64,000 nt of DNA from Acutalibacteraceae bacterium (GCA_045576275.1 JAZNGB010000042.1:26882-90881); one strand, 5' to 3'. Counted from the first letter of the stretch, positions 34,275 to 43,853 are shown. The notes: generated by a model not told the origin, from the sequence alone. Numbers and translations: made by a program.

Positions 34275-35906
34275 TTATTCAATCGTCACGTTTTCACAGC
34301 TTTCGATGTGCACGGGGTTTTCTGCGCAGGTGCGGATGGTGTTATTGCGGATGTTGACGCCGTCGGTGTTGCGGATGAAAATGCCGGGCTTGCCGTTGGC
34401 GCACTCGATTTCGTTGTCCTCAATGACGATATTGTAAATACTGCAGCCCTTTGCGTGGTCCGCATCCGCCTTGATGACGATGCCGCAGGCTTCGCCCCAG
34501 GTTTCGGCGCAGTTGTAAATTTTATTCCCACGAATGGTGATGTTTGCAGGGCAGACACCCTCATACCACCAGGCTTCGGCAGCTGCAACAATGGCAGGAC
34601 CCATGACATCCCGGAATGTGCAGTTTTCGACAAGAGCATCGCGGTTTTTCAGCAGGATGCTGCGTGCAAAGTGACGGGTTGCGGTGCAGTTCACAAGTTC
34701 AACACGAGGTAAGCGTGTGATATCGGACAGAACAAGGTCTTGTGTATCTGTCGGCAGGGGGGGATCCAGCGTGACTTTGCACTTCCATTCGTCATGTAAG
34801 GGGACACAATCGACAACCGTGTAATGTCCGACGGTCTGCAGGGTGTTTTTGTCGGTCAGTTCGAGTGTGTCGCAGATGTCGGGATAGTCAAGGGTCTGTG
34901 CGTGGGTGCCGTCGGGTGTTTTTTCCTGCATGATGCAGGTGCATTCGTCTTCACGGTTGATGATTGCCTGATAATAGCTGTGCACGTTGGTGAAGTCATC
35001 GCCCTGACCGTCAAAAATGCAGTTTTCAAACCGCAGCAGACCTTTCATGGATGTAAAATGGGTTGCATCGGTGTTGGTAGACATATGATGCCCCTCGGAC
35101 GGAATGACCCGTAAGCCGCTGATGATGACATCTTCGCTTCGGTTGCCGACAATGCCCATGCCGGGTTGGCTGTGAATCGTGATGTCGGTGAGGCGGATGT
35201 TTTTGGCGTTTTCAATCAGGATGCCCGGTCGGGAGTGGTAGGTATGGGCGGTGTAAAACAGCATACCGTCACGCATAGGCTCTGCTTCGTCGAGCGTTGC
35301 TTTTATGTGGTGTGCATCCAAAAATGCATAGCTGTGAATGCTGGCATAAACATTGTGACCGGTTTTTTCATCATAGAAAATATAGCGCAGTTTTATGGAT
35401 GTCTTTTCGCAAATCGGACAATCCGGGTCAAATTCGATCACGCATTCGCGTTTCCCCTCGGTATCGACAGGCTGCAAACCTGTGACCTTGCCCCGGCTGT
35501 ACGGCTTTCGCAAATGGTCAATGGTGAATCCGCAAAGCTGAATGTCTGTGCTGTTGACAATGGAAATCGGCTCCATGAAGCCTTCAACCAAAAACAGTGC
35601 GCCGTTTGCAATCACACGGGTACCCCGTTGACCGTCAAAGCGGATACCGCAATCATACTGATATTTGGGGTGGAACATCGTTCGCTGCGGATTTTCTCCC
35701 CATTCACCGCTTAAAACGGAGTGCATTGCACTTTTGGCAAGATTGCCGGTTATATGGTATGTGCCGGGTGGGACAATCAGCGTGGTGTCGGGATGTTCAC
35801 GGCAAAATGACATCGCAGCTGCAAATTTTTCCATATCGGTTGCAGCTGGAAAATCGGTCAGATGTATGGTATTTATATTCGTTTTCAAGTTCATTGCGTT
35901 CAACAT
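34275..35906 (-). CDS. Right-handed parallel beta-helix (pectate-lyase fold) glycosidase-like protein, no signal peptide
   Basis: N-terminus resembles the Pectate_lyase_3 type (HLTDFPA...LIVPPGTYHI). Repeated NCxF / I.I.NN.I beta-helix rungs toward the C-terminus (NIVIEDNEIE, IRNNTIR). Confidence 0.75.
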   Translation of the reverse strand: MLNAMNLKTNINTIHLTDFPAATDMEKFAAAMSFCREHPDTTLIVPPGTYHITGNLAKSAMHSVLSGEWGENPQRTMFHPKYQYDCGIRFDGQRGTRVIANGALFLVEGFMEPISIVNSTDIQLCGFTIDHLRKPYSRGKVTGLQPVDTEGKRECVIEFDPDCPICEKTSIKLRYIFYDEKTGHNVYASIHSYAFLDAHHIKATLDEAEPMRDGMLFYTAHTYHSRPGILIENAKNIRLTDITIHSQPGMGIVGNRSEDVIISGLRVIPSEGHHMSTNTDATHFTSMKGLLRFENCIFDGQGDDFTNVHSYYQAIINREDECTCIMQEKTPDGTHAQTLDYPDICDTLELTDKNTLQTVGHYTVVDCVPLHDEWKCKVTLDPPLPTDTQDLVLSDITRLPRVELVNCTATRHFARSILLKNRDALVENCTFRDVMGPAIVAAAEAWWYEGVCPANITIRGNKIYNCAETWGEACGIVIKADADHAKGCSIYNIVIEDNEIECANGKPGIFIRNTDGVNIRNNTIRTCAENPVHIESCENVTIE

Positions 35907-36062
35907 GGCAAAGAGAATAATAAGTCGGTTTTTGAAAACAATTGTAGCATAATTTTCCGAACGATTCCACCCCTGTATGATAAAAAGGCTTTCACAAACA
36001 TAATACTTTCATACAAGGCAATGCAGTGTTTTTTGTATGGATGATTGCGGTTTCGGCTTGCC

Positions 36063-36881
36063 TTATTCGTTTTTTCTGAACACATCAAGCATGTGGATTG
36101 ACATCCCGACACAGTCTTCCCGTTCACAAAGATTCGACAGAAATTTCATATACTCCTCAAATTCACGGTCGGTCAAAGTGTCGAATCGGTCGTCATAAAG
36201 GTAAGACAGCATATCGACCCCGACAAAATGAAGCCTTGTGACATCATGCTTTTGCATGAGTGCATCAATGTCTGATTTGCGGTACAATTCAAAGATTTCC
36301 GCAGGGGACGAAACGGTGTGATAATCCTCTTTGATAAGCCCTTTTTCAATAAAATGCAGGATCCTTTTTGTGTAAAAGAACTTGTAAACCGAGGTGTCGT
36401 TGTTGCAGTAGGATGCATAAATGACACCGTTTTTCTTTGCCAGTCTGATGGCTTCCGTCAGTGCCTTGTGCTTGTCTTCATCGTTAAAAAGATGATACAT
36501 CGGCCCCAACAGCAGCACAATGTCATACATTTCGCTTTCAAATGCAGAAAGATCACAGGCATTGCCCTCATGAATGCGGATATTGTGATGTGGTTTCACT
36601 TTTCTCTTCATGATTTCAATGTTATGCGGCACAAGCTCAACAGCGGTAACATCATATCCCATTTCTGCAAGTGCAAGAGAATACCTGCCCGTGCCGGCTC
36701 CGATTTCTATGATTTTTGCACCGGGAGTAAGATATTTTTCAATGTATCTCATAGTGTTGAGGTATTCAGGTTTTCGGCTTTTGCGCAGCAGTCTGCCGTC
36801 TTCATCGTAGCGATTGTAAAAATCAATCACGCTGTTGCCCGTTGTTGCAGGCTTCTTTCTGAACAGTTTTGAAAATTTCAT
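36063..36881 (-). CDS. Class I SAM-dependent methyltransferase
   Basis: Motif I IIEIGAGTGRYSLALAEMGYDVTAVELV and post-I / motif II YDIVLLLGPMYHL. Confidence 0.85.
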   Translation of the reverse strand: MKFSKLFRKKPATTGNSVIDFYNRYDEDGRLLRKSRKPEYLNTMRYIEKYLTPGAKIIEIGAGTGRYSLALAEMGYDVTAVELVPHNIEIMKRKVKPHHNIRIHEGNACDLSAFESEMYDIVLLLGPMYHLFNDEDKHKALTEAIRLAKKNGVIYASYCNNDTSVYKFFYTKRILHFIEKGLIKEDYHTVSSPAEIFELYRKSDIDALMQKHDVTRLHFVGVDMLSYLYDDRFDTLTDREFEEYMKFLSNLCEREDCVGMSIHMLDVFRKNE

Positions 36882-37466
36882 AAATATTCCTCCTAAAAGA
36901 TAAACGGTGTAAGCTCAAACAATAAGCCTACACCGTTATAATCATATCGTTATAAAACAAATTCACCTGTCACGAAATGAATATACAAGCATAGACCTGC
37001 ACCCCGTAGGTTGTGCAAGCCACTGCATATACATATCGAGTTTTCTGAAAAGACAGGTGTTCATAACAATTCCTCTGTTTTGATACTGTCAAGGATAGCA
37101 AATTGTATTTCTTTTGTCAAGAACATTCTTCGCAGTTATTGAAAACAAAATACTGTATAATCAACAGGTGAATTCAGAAGATACGATGGGAATTGCTGAC
37201 GCTTGCTGTTTAACGCAGCAATATGAACCCTCTTTGATGTTTTATCTTGTTTTTTTACTAAAAAAATAAACAAATATTTTTTGGTTGTGTCGGCAAATTG
37301 TATTCTTTTTCGGCAGAGTGTTTAATTGAAGCATTTGATATTTGTGCAATATGTATAAAAAGTTAAGTCTGTTTTGGTTGAATTTGGATAGAGCGAAAAA
37401 TAGTTTTCAACATTTGCAATTGTGCAATGTGCACAAATATGAATATTGCTGTTTGTGTAAAATGAC

Positions 37467-37494
37467 TTGACATTTTGAAAAAAATGTGTATAAT
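37467..37494 (+). promoter_or_regulatory. Near-consensus sigma-A promoter
   Basis: TTGACA (37467-37472), 16-bp spacer, TATAAT (37489-37494), 36 nt upstream of the micro-ORF. Confidence 0.7.
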
Positions 37495-37530
37495 GAAACC
37501 ATAACGAAACGAAAGGAGTTGAATAAAACA

Positions 37531-37662
37531 ATGATGACTGAAAAAGAACTGTTTGTTCTTGAAAACAAACTGTTCTCCGAGCTTGAAAGTGCCAAGGGTT
37601 TGAAGAAGCTTGCTATCATTCTGAAACTTGACGGTCTTATGAGCATGAAGAACGAACTGTAA
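37531..37662 (+). CDS. Small hypothetical protein (43 aa, predicted helical)
   Basis: MMTEKELFVLENKLFSELESAKGLKKLAIILKLDGLMSMKNEL. Has RBS aaaggag, its own consensus promoter and a downstream intrinsic terminator. It falls below the ORF-track length cut-off. Confidence 0.55.
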   Translation: MMTEKELFVLENKLFSELESAKGLKKLAIILKLDGLMSMKNEL

Positions 37663-37823
37663 AAAGGGCGGCTGTCCGAGGTGTCAACAGGCACCGGACG
37701 GAACGAACTTTTTGAAAAAATCCCCCTTTGCGGGTTTTATATATAGCCGATGCGGTTCTGCCGCCGGCAAAATCAGATTTTTCCGTCCTTTTTCATAGAA
37801 TTTCCAACTGTTCCTAAACAAGA

Positions 37824-37851
37824 AACCGATACCGAAAGGTATCGGTTTTTT
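37824..37851 (+). terminator. Rho-independent terminator, also the homing site of the IIC intron
   Basis: Stem aaaccgatacc / ggtatcggttt with a GAAA loop and a T-run ending at 37851. Confidence 0.85.
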
Positions 37852-38409
37852 GTGTATGACGGGCATATCAGTGCTCTGTGGTGAAAGTCCACCGAGGCGT
37901 AGTTACCGACGAACTCAAAAGCGACTCCCAAGGTTTGCATCGTGAGGTGTAGGCGAGAAGAAGGGATAGCGAAATCGTAGCCTGACGAACAGAAACTCGG
38001 TACAAAGGCGAAATAGGCGGATAAGTTGGCCCAAAGCAACGAAGTCCAAAAGGTAACCGTAACCCTATTGCGTAAACCGAGCAGGTAGACGAGGAAAGAG
38101 TATTGGTTTATCCCGTGAGGTCTCATAGACAGAGAAATCTGTAGTAACAACGAACTATGAGAAGTCAGCAGAGGTCATAGTACCGAGAAATCGGGAAGGA
38201 CCGAACAGTTCAATATCACATATAAAAAGATGTTCTGCTTGGAATTGATATGTAAAGTAGTTGAAACGTATATGATACCAAATACAGGAAGTCTTAGATT
38301 AGAATAAGCGGAAGCGTTGAAACAAATATGAGATTGCGAACTGAACCGCCGTATGCCGAACGGCACGTACGGTGGTGTGAGAGGAGGGAGAAAATCCCTC
38401 CTACTCGAT
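37852..38409 (+). mobile_element. ORF-less class IIC (bacterial class C) group II intron, about 558 nt
   Basis: The 5' end GUGUAUGACGGGCAU...GGUGAAAGUCCAC aligns with the Oceanobacillus iheyensis IIC intron as I recall it. The recalled match includes GAAGUCAGCAGAGGUCAUAGUACC...GGAAGGACCGAACAG. Domain V is GAACCGCCGUAUGCCGAACGGCACGUACGGUGGUGUG (38343-38379), with a compensatory GC pair relative to the remembered O.i. sequence. Domain VI is a hairpin with a bulged A, and the 3' end is ...CUCGAU. The domain IV region is only about 130 nt and has no ORF. Confidence 0.85.
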
Positions 38410-38500
38410 TTCCCGGAATAAGAAAAATGTTTTTATGTATTTGCCTTTTTGCAACATAATATGTTAAAATGGACTCATATAAGCAGGAAGGGGTGGTAGT

Positions 38501-39511
38501 ATGCAAAAGCTTTGGTTGCTGCGACCTGCACATTTTTGTGTGGACTTTGCCTGTGCATTTCTGTGTATGGGATATGCGGAGAATAACATTCAGTTTTATT
38601 TGTTGCTTTATAATTTTTGTGCGTTCGCATTGCAGATGCCTTTGGGGCTTCTTGTTGATCGTTTCGGTAAGCAGATCAAAGTTGCCGGTGTCGGCACGGC
38701 TTTAACGGGGCTTGCCTTGCTTTTTCCGAGCAATCCGCTTGTCGGTGTCATCATTGCAGGTGTTGGCAATGCCCTTTTTCATGTCGGTGGCGGTGTGTAT
38801 GTGCTGCACGGTTGCAACAACAAATGCACCCCCTTGGGACAGTTTGTGGCACCCGGTGCGATCGGTTTGTTTTTTGGCGGCTTGTGTGCTTCGGAATTGT
38901 ATTATATCCATCCTCTTGTGATGTTCGTTTTGTTCGTCTTTGCCGCTGTTTTTCTGTTTACAAAAACTGAGGATGCAGCAATGGCGACCGATGTTACCTT
39001 GCAGCCTATGCCGAAAAAGGCAGGCTTGGCACTCGTGTTGCTGTTTTTGGTGGTGGTGTTGCGATCGGCGGCAGGCTTTCAGTTCACCTTTTCATGGAAA
39101 ACAGGCTCCACTGCATTGCTGTTTGCCTTTGCTGTAATGGCAGGAAAGGAGTTGGGCGGTGCATTGTCTGATCGTTTCGGAATGACCAAAACAAGCCTTG
39201 TGTCGTTGCTTGTCGGTGCCGTACTGTTTGTTTTTTCGGGCGACAGTGCTGTTTGCGGCATACTTGCTGTGCTGTGCTTCAACTGCACCATGCCCGTGAC
39301 TTTGTTTGCTGCTTATAAAATCGTTAAGGGATTGCCCGGATTTTCTTTCGGTCTGCTTACATTTGCCTTGTTTTTGGGGTTGCTGCCGTCTTATTTCGGT
39401 TTTTCCATGCCTGATTCTGCTGCAGTGTTCGGTGTCGGTGCTTGTGTGCTTTCACTTTTGCTGCTATTGCCGGGCTTGCATTTTGCAAAAGCGGAGCGTG
39501 ACACGGCATGA
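38501..39511 (+). CDS. MFS-like multi-pass membrane protein
   Basis: About 10 hydrophobic segments. Duplicated motif-A-like loops GLLVDRFGKQ and GALSDRFGMTK. Confidence 0.6.
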   Translation: MQKLWLLRPAHFCVDFACAFLCMGYAENNIQFYLLLYNFCAFALQMPLGLLVDRFGKQIKVAGVGTALTGLALLFPSNPLVGVIIAGVGNALFHVGGGVYVLHGCNNKCTPLGQFVAPGAIGLFFGGLCASELYYIHPLVMFVLFVFAAVFLFTKTEDAAMATDVTLQPMPKKAGLALVLLFLVVVLRSAAGFQFTFSWKTGSTALLFAFAVMAGKELGGALSDRFGMTKTSLVSLLVGAVLFVFSGDSAVCGILAVLCFNCTMPVTLFAAYKIVKGLPGFSFGLLTFALFLGLLPSYFGFSMPDSAAVFGVGACVLSLLLLLPGLHFAKAERDTA

Positions 39512-39846
39512 ATGCAATTCTTGTTTCCCTCGGTATATCTCTGTTGTTGACCTGGTTGCTTGAAAGTGTTGCATATTTGTTTGTAAAAAAGAAAACACTT
39601 CGCGATTATTTTGTGCTGTTGCTTGTCAACCTTGTGACAAATCCTGTGGTTGTGCTTGTTTCTGTTTGTACTTCTTTTTCGGGAGTAAAGGATGTTGCAT
39701 TGACCGTCTTTCTGGAAGTATGTGCCGTCCTTGTTGAATGGCTGCTTTATAAAAACTGTGCCGAAAATATCCGAAAACCTTTTGTTTTTGCATTGTGTGC
39801 GAATCTTTTTTCTTATTTTACGGGATTTATTTTACAACTTTTATAA
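39508..39846 (+). CDS. Small integral membrane protein (112 aa)
   Basis: ATGA start/stop overlap with the upstream gene. Four hydrophobic segments. Confidence 0.55.
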   Translation: MNAILVSLGISLLLTWLLESVAYLFVKKKTLRDYFVLLLVNLVTNPVVVLVSVCTSFSGVKDVALTVFLEVCAVLVEWLLYKNCAENIRKPFVFALCANLFSYFTGFILQLL

Positions 39847-39857
39847 ATTTATACTTG

Positions 39858-39899
39858 ATTACGCATTGTTGTAGGTGTACAATAAATGCGTAATTTTTT
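39858..39899 (+). terminator. Rho-independent terminator
   Basis: Stem attacgcatt / aatgcgtaat enclosing the inner stem ttgta/tacaa, followed by a T-run. Confidence 0.7.
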
Positions 39900-39918
39900 A
39901 TAAGGAGTTTTTTACATT

Positions 39919-40815
39919 ATGAAAAAGCTTACCGAATACTATGATGGCGTATATGCCCTCATGCTTACCCCTTATCATGATGATCTGACCATCGACTACA
40001 ACGCATATGAAAAATATTGCGATTATCAGGCGGCATCCGGTGTTGAACATCTTTTCTGTGTCTGCGGAACTTCCGAAATGGCAGTGCTGACTCTTGAAGA
40101 AAGAATCAAACTTGCTGAGTTGACCGCAAAGCACAAGAATGATCTCACCATTGTTGCAACAGCCAATATGGAACCTTCCTGGTTTGCACAGGTTGAAGAA
40201 GTCAAACGCATGAGCCAGACCGGTGTTGATGGTCTTGTGTTTACAACAAAAGGCTTCGGCGAAGACCCCGAACGTCTTGTAAATTATGTCGGTGAACTCA
40301 AACAGTATACAGATCTTCCTGTTTTTATGTATGAATTCCCTGGTCTGCAACCGCACAAGATCACAGGTGAAGCTTATGGCAGACTTGTCCGTGAATGCGG
40401 CGTCTACGGTATTAAGGATACCACCTGTACATTGGAAGGTGTTGGTGCAAAGATTCAGGAAAAAGGTGAAAGTTGCATTATCCAGGCAAATATGCCTTAT
40501 CTGTTTGAATCTTTCAAAATCGGTGCAAGAGGTATTATGTCCACACCGACCGCTTGCGGAGCTTCTTTCTTTGCTCGTTTTTATGACGCATTCGTTGCAG
40601 GTGATATGAAGCTTGCAGAACGCCGTTATTGGGATATTATGCGTCTGGATGATGCCATTGGTGACGGATTCAATATGACTGCAAAGTATCTTGTTTCTTT
40701 GCAGGGTGTTGAAATGAACTGGATCAACCGTTACAAAGGCAACCTCCATCCGCAGAGATTGCAGGCACTTCGTGCATTCCACGATTGGGCTGTCAGCGAA
40801 GGCTTGATGAACTAA
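39919..40815 (+). CDS. Dihydrodipicolinate synthase / N-acetylneuraminate lyase family (class I aldolase)
   Basis: GVYALMLTPY, CGTSEM and the Schiff-base lysine context YGIKDTT fit the DapA/NanA family pattern. Confidence 0.85.
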   Translation: MKKLTEYYDGVYALMLTPYHDDLTIDYNAYEKYCDYQAASGVEHLFCVCGTSEMAVLTLEERIKLAELTAKHKNDLTIVATANMEPSWFAQVEEVKRMSQTGVDGLVFTTKGFGEDPERLVNYVGELKQYTDLPVFMYEFPGLQPHKITGEAYGRLVRECGVYGIKDTTCTLEGVGAKIQEKGESCIIQANMPYLFESFKIGARGIMSTPTACGASFFARFYDAFVAGDMKLAERRYWDIMRLDDAIGDGFNMTAKYLVSLQGVEMNWINRYKGNLHPQRLQALRAFHDWAVSEGLMN

Positions 40816-41432
40816 TGGATTTATACATCGTTCGTCACGGCAATACCCCGATGCAAGGGGATGTGCAATATCCGATCGATCCTCGGTTGACCGACCTCGG
40901 TGTCTGTCAGGCAGAGGCACTTGCACTTCGGTTGCAAAATGTGCATTTTGACCGCATTTTTGCAAGTCCGCTGCAACGCTGTGTGCAGACAATTGCCCCT
41001 TTGTGTGTCAAAACGGAATCCGCTGTGCAGCTGATGTATGCTTTACTCGAAAAGGGAACAAGGGCAAACTATACCGGTTTGCCTTTTTTCGTTTTACAAG
41101 GCATATGTCCGACCGTCCTTGAAAACGAATTTGCATATTGCGAAAAGGGGTTGCCGCCGTATGAAACCGATGTGCAAGCCTTTGAGCGTGCCAAAAATGT
41201 GATTGCATACATCCGCTCTGTGTGCAGGCAGAACGATACCGTTTTGTTGGTTGCACACGGTACGTTCAATAACTTTTTGATTCATGCAGCCCTCGGATTT
41301 GAACCGCGTGAGGACTTCAATTTCTCGCAGGACAACACAGGGCTGACGCTGGTGCGGTGTCTGAGCGACAACGGAAAAGAACGCACAAAGCTTGCATTTA
41401 TGAACGATACGACCCATTTAAACAATTTATAA
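40815..41432 (+). CDS. Histidine phosphatase family protein (phosphoglycerate-mutase-like)
   Basis: MDLYIVRHGNT (RHG motif), SPLQRCVQT and LLVAHGT. TAATG overlap with the upstream gene. Confidence 0.8.
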   Translation: MDLYIVRHGNTPMQGDVQYPIDPRLTDLGVCQAEALALRLQNVHFDRIFASPLQRCVQTIAPLCVKTESAVQLMYALLEKGTRANYTGLPFFVLQGICPTVLENEFAYCEKGLPPYETDVQAFERAKNVIAYIRSVCRQNDTVLLVAHGTFNNFLIHAALGFEPREDFNFSQDNTGLTLVRCLSDNGKERTKLAFMNDTTHLNNL

Positions 41433-41442
41433 GGAGTACAGT

Positions 41443-43797
41443 ATGAGTCATATTCTTCGCTATAATCACCCTGCAAAGGTGTGGGAAGCCGCATTGCCCA
41501 TCGGATCCGGCAGACTCGGTGCAATGATTTACGGTGATACAAGGAATGAGAAAATTCAACTCAACGAGATTTCTCTTTGGTCGGGGGAGCCGTTTCCGTT
41601 TGCAGATCGCCCCGAAGCGTATAAACATCTGCCGACATTGCGGAAATTGATTGAAGAAAAGCAATACAAGCAAGCGGCCGATTTGTTGGATGCCGAATTT
41701 ACAAATTACGGCGGCGGTTTTGAGGCTGCTTATTCCGGCTCCTATCAGACTGCAGGGGAGCTGCTTCTTTCGCTGAAACCTGTTTTGGGAAGCGTATCTG
41801 ATTACGAACACAGTCTCGATTTGAAAACGGCCACAGATATCGTTCGTTATCAAAAAAACGGTGTCAAGTATGTAAGACAGACCATTGCAAGCCGTCCCGA
41901 TCATTGTATTTGTATGCGTCTTACAGCAGACAGAGCAAACAGCATTTCCATGAATGTCCGTTATGTTCGTAAAGATCTTACGTTTTGTGTTGCTGACGGT
42001 AATATTTTATCTTGCGGCGGCTATTGCAACGGAGATGCCAAACATCTTCGCTATGCCGTTTGTATATATGTGAAGAATGTCGGCGGCGAATTGCGTGCTG
42101 CCAAAGACCGTCTTGAGGTATGCAATGCTGACAGTGTTGAGATTTTTGTCGGCATCCGTACCGATTATATTCTCGATCAGAGTCGTCGGTTTAAGGGGGA
42201 AGCACCTTTGCCGTTTGCAGTTGCAGATGTAAACAGTGCTTCTCAAAAAGGGTTTGATGCCATCTATGCAGATCATTTGACCGAGTATCAGTCTTTTTAT
42301 AACCGTAATACCTTATGCATTGACGGTGTACACCGTGACGATCTTACAGTACCGCAAAGACTGAAGAATCTGCAGAACGGGAATCAGGATATCGGACTTT
42401 GCGAGCTGCTTTACAATTTCGGCAGGTATCTGCTTATTTGCTCCAGCCGTCCCGACAATGTTTTGCCTGCCAACCTGCAAGGTGTGTGGTGTAAGGACTA
42501 TCAGGCTCCCTGGCATTGTGACTACCATGCCAATATCAACGTGCAGATGAACTACTGGCCGGCAGGTCCTGCAAATTTAACCGATTGTACCGAATCGCTG
42601 TGGAAGCTTATTGAAGCCTTGCCCGAAAACGGTGCAAAAACAGCAAAGGCTTATTACGATGCTCCCGGATGGACACTGTATACGATTACAAATCCGTGGT
42701 TATGGACATCTCCCGGATGGGGTGGCGGTTGGTCGCAGTACCCTCTCGGCGGTGCTTGGATGTGCCGTCATTTGTGGGAATATTATGCATATACCGGTGA
42801 CAAAGAACAGCTTAAAAAATTCTATCCCGTGATGAAAGACAACCTGCTGTTCAATCTTGCCATGTATTATACCGATGAAAACGGTAAGATCATGACCAAT
42901 CCGTCCACATCACCTGAGAACAATTTCAAGGATGATGAAGGCAATGTCGGTTGGGTCTGCAAAGGTGCAGCCATGGATATTGAAATGTTGTGGGATAACT
43001 TTACCTACATGGCAGAGATATGTCGCATCCTCGATGTGGATAATGATCTTCGTGAAGAGCTCCTTGCAAAAAGAACACAGCTCAAGCCTTTGCAGATCGG
43101 TAAAGCAGGTCAGCTTTGTGAGTGGGAAGGCGACTGGGACTGCAATGCACCTGAGCCGCACCACCGCCATGTCAGCCACCTGTATGCACTGCATCCCGGT
43201 TTTCAGATCAGCCCTCTGACTACTCCCGAGCTTGCAAAAGCCTGTGATAAGACACTTGAAATGCGTGGTGACGATGCAACCGGTTGGTCATTGGCATGGA
43301 AAATGAATTTTCATGCAAGACTACACAACGGCAATGCGGCTTACCGATTATTTTCCCGTTTGTTAAGACCGCAACCAATGGGCAAGGTTATTGGTTATTC
43401 GGGTGGAGGGGGAGTCTATCCCAATCTGTTTGATGCCCATCCGCCGTTCCAGATAGACGGTAATTTCGGAGCTGTTGCAGGTGTGACGGAAATGTTGTTG
43501 CAGAGTCATTTGTTGACAGAAGAGGGAGATTTTATTCTTCATTTTCTGCCTGCACTTCCTGATGTCTTTGCAAGCGGTCGTTGTGACGGTCTGCTGGCAC
43601 GCGGAAATGTCAGTATTGACCTTGCTTGGCAGAATCGGAAACTGACAAAGGCTGTCCTGACTCCGAAATACAGTAAAAGAATTGTGTTGTACGGAAACTA
43701 CACTGTTTCGACAGACGGTAAATCCGTTCCGACCGAAACGAAAAACGGCTGTACTGTTTTTGATGCACAGGCAGCAACTTCCTATACGGTTGTTTAA
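41443..43797 (+). CDS. Glycoside hydrolase family 95 (alpha-L-fucosidase type), cytoplasmic
   Basis: N-terminus PAKVWEAALPIGSGRLGAMIYGDTRNEKIQLNEISLWSG and later NLQGVWC...WHCDYHANINVQMNYWP are GH95 signatures. No signal peptide. Confidence 0.9.
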   Translation: MSHILRYNHPAKVWEAALPIGSGRLGAMIYGDTRNEKIQLNEISLWSGEPFPFADRPEAYKHLPTLRKLIEEKQYKQAADLLDAEFTNYGGGFEAAYSGSYQTAGELLLSLKPVLGSVSDYEHSLDLKTATDIVRYQKNGVKYVRQTIASRPDHCICMRLTADRANSISMNVRYVRKDLTFCVADGNILSCGGYCNGDAKHLRYAVCIYVKNVGGELRAAKDRLEVCNADSVEIFVGIRTDYILDQSRRFKGEAPLPFAVADVNSASQKGFDAIYADHLTEYQSFYNRNTLCIDGVHRDDLTVPQRLKNLQNGNQDIGLCELLYNFGRYLLICSSRPDNVLPANLQGVWCKDYQAPWHCDYHANINVQMNYWPAGPANLTDCTESLWKLIEALPENGAKTAKAYYDAPGWTLYTITNPWLWTSPGWGGGWSQYPLGGAWMCRHLWEYYAYTGDKEQLKKFYPVMKDNLLFNLAMYYTDENGKIMTNPSTSPENNFKDDEGNVGWVCKGAAMDIEMLWDNFTYMAEICRILDVDNDLREELLAKRTQLKPLQIGKAGQLCEWEGDWDCNAPEPHHRHVSHLYALHPGFQISPLTTPELAKACDKTLEMRGDDATGWSLAWKMNFHARLHNGNAAYRLFSRLLRPQPMGKVIGYSGGGGVYPNLFDAHPPFQIDGNFGAVAGVTEMLLQSHLLTEEGDFILHFLPALPDVFASGRCDGLLARGNVSIDLAWQNRKLTKAVLTPKYSKRIVLYGNYTVSTDGKSVPTETKNGCTVFDAQAATSYTVV

Positions 43798-43806
43798 TTG
43801 AAAAAC

Positions 43807-43841
43807 AAGGAGTGAATCCGCTTGTTGCAGATTCACTCCTT
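43807..43841. terminator. Bidirectional terminator between convergent genes
   Basis: 12-bp stem aaggagtgaatc / gattcactcctt. Confidence 0.75.
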
Positions 43842-43853
43842 CTCTTATTTGAA

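Noticed and set aside
35900-36062. TGAAAGCCTTTTTA upstream of the beta-helix gene as a third copy of the ECF promoter motif
   Set aside because: The resemblance to TGAACCTTTTG is only partial (a 2-nt insertion), and no CGxC element lies at the right spacing. It is not counted.
32020-39900. An intact prophage or genomic island integrated at tmRNA
   Set aside because: Only the 22-nt att-like duplication and short repeats are present. No integrase, excisionase, phage structural or conjugation gene lies in the following 8 kb, and no third copy of the tmRNA end was noticed. It is treated as a scar or remnant rather than an island, although the accessory character of 32.2-39.9 kb remains possible.
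39898-40992. 364-aa minus-strand ORF overlapping the DapA-family and histidine phosphatase genes
   Set aside because: It is antisense to two well-supported plus-strand genes with clear family motifs. Its product is Cys/His/Phe-rich with no motif.
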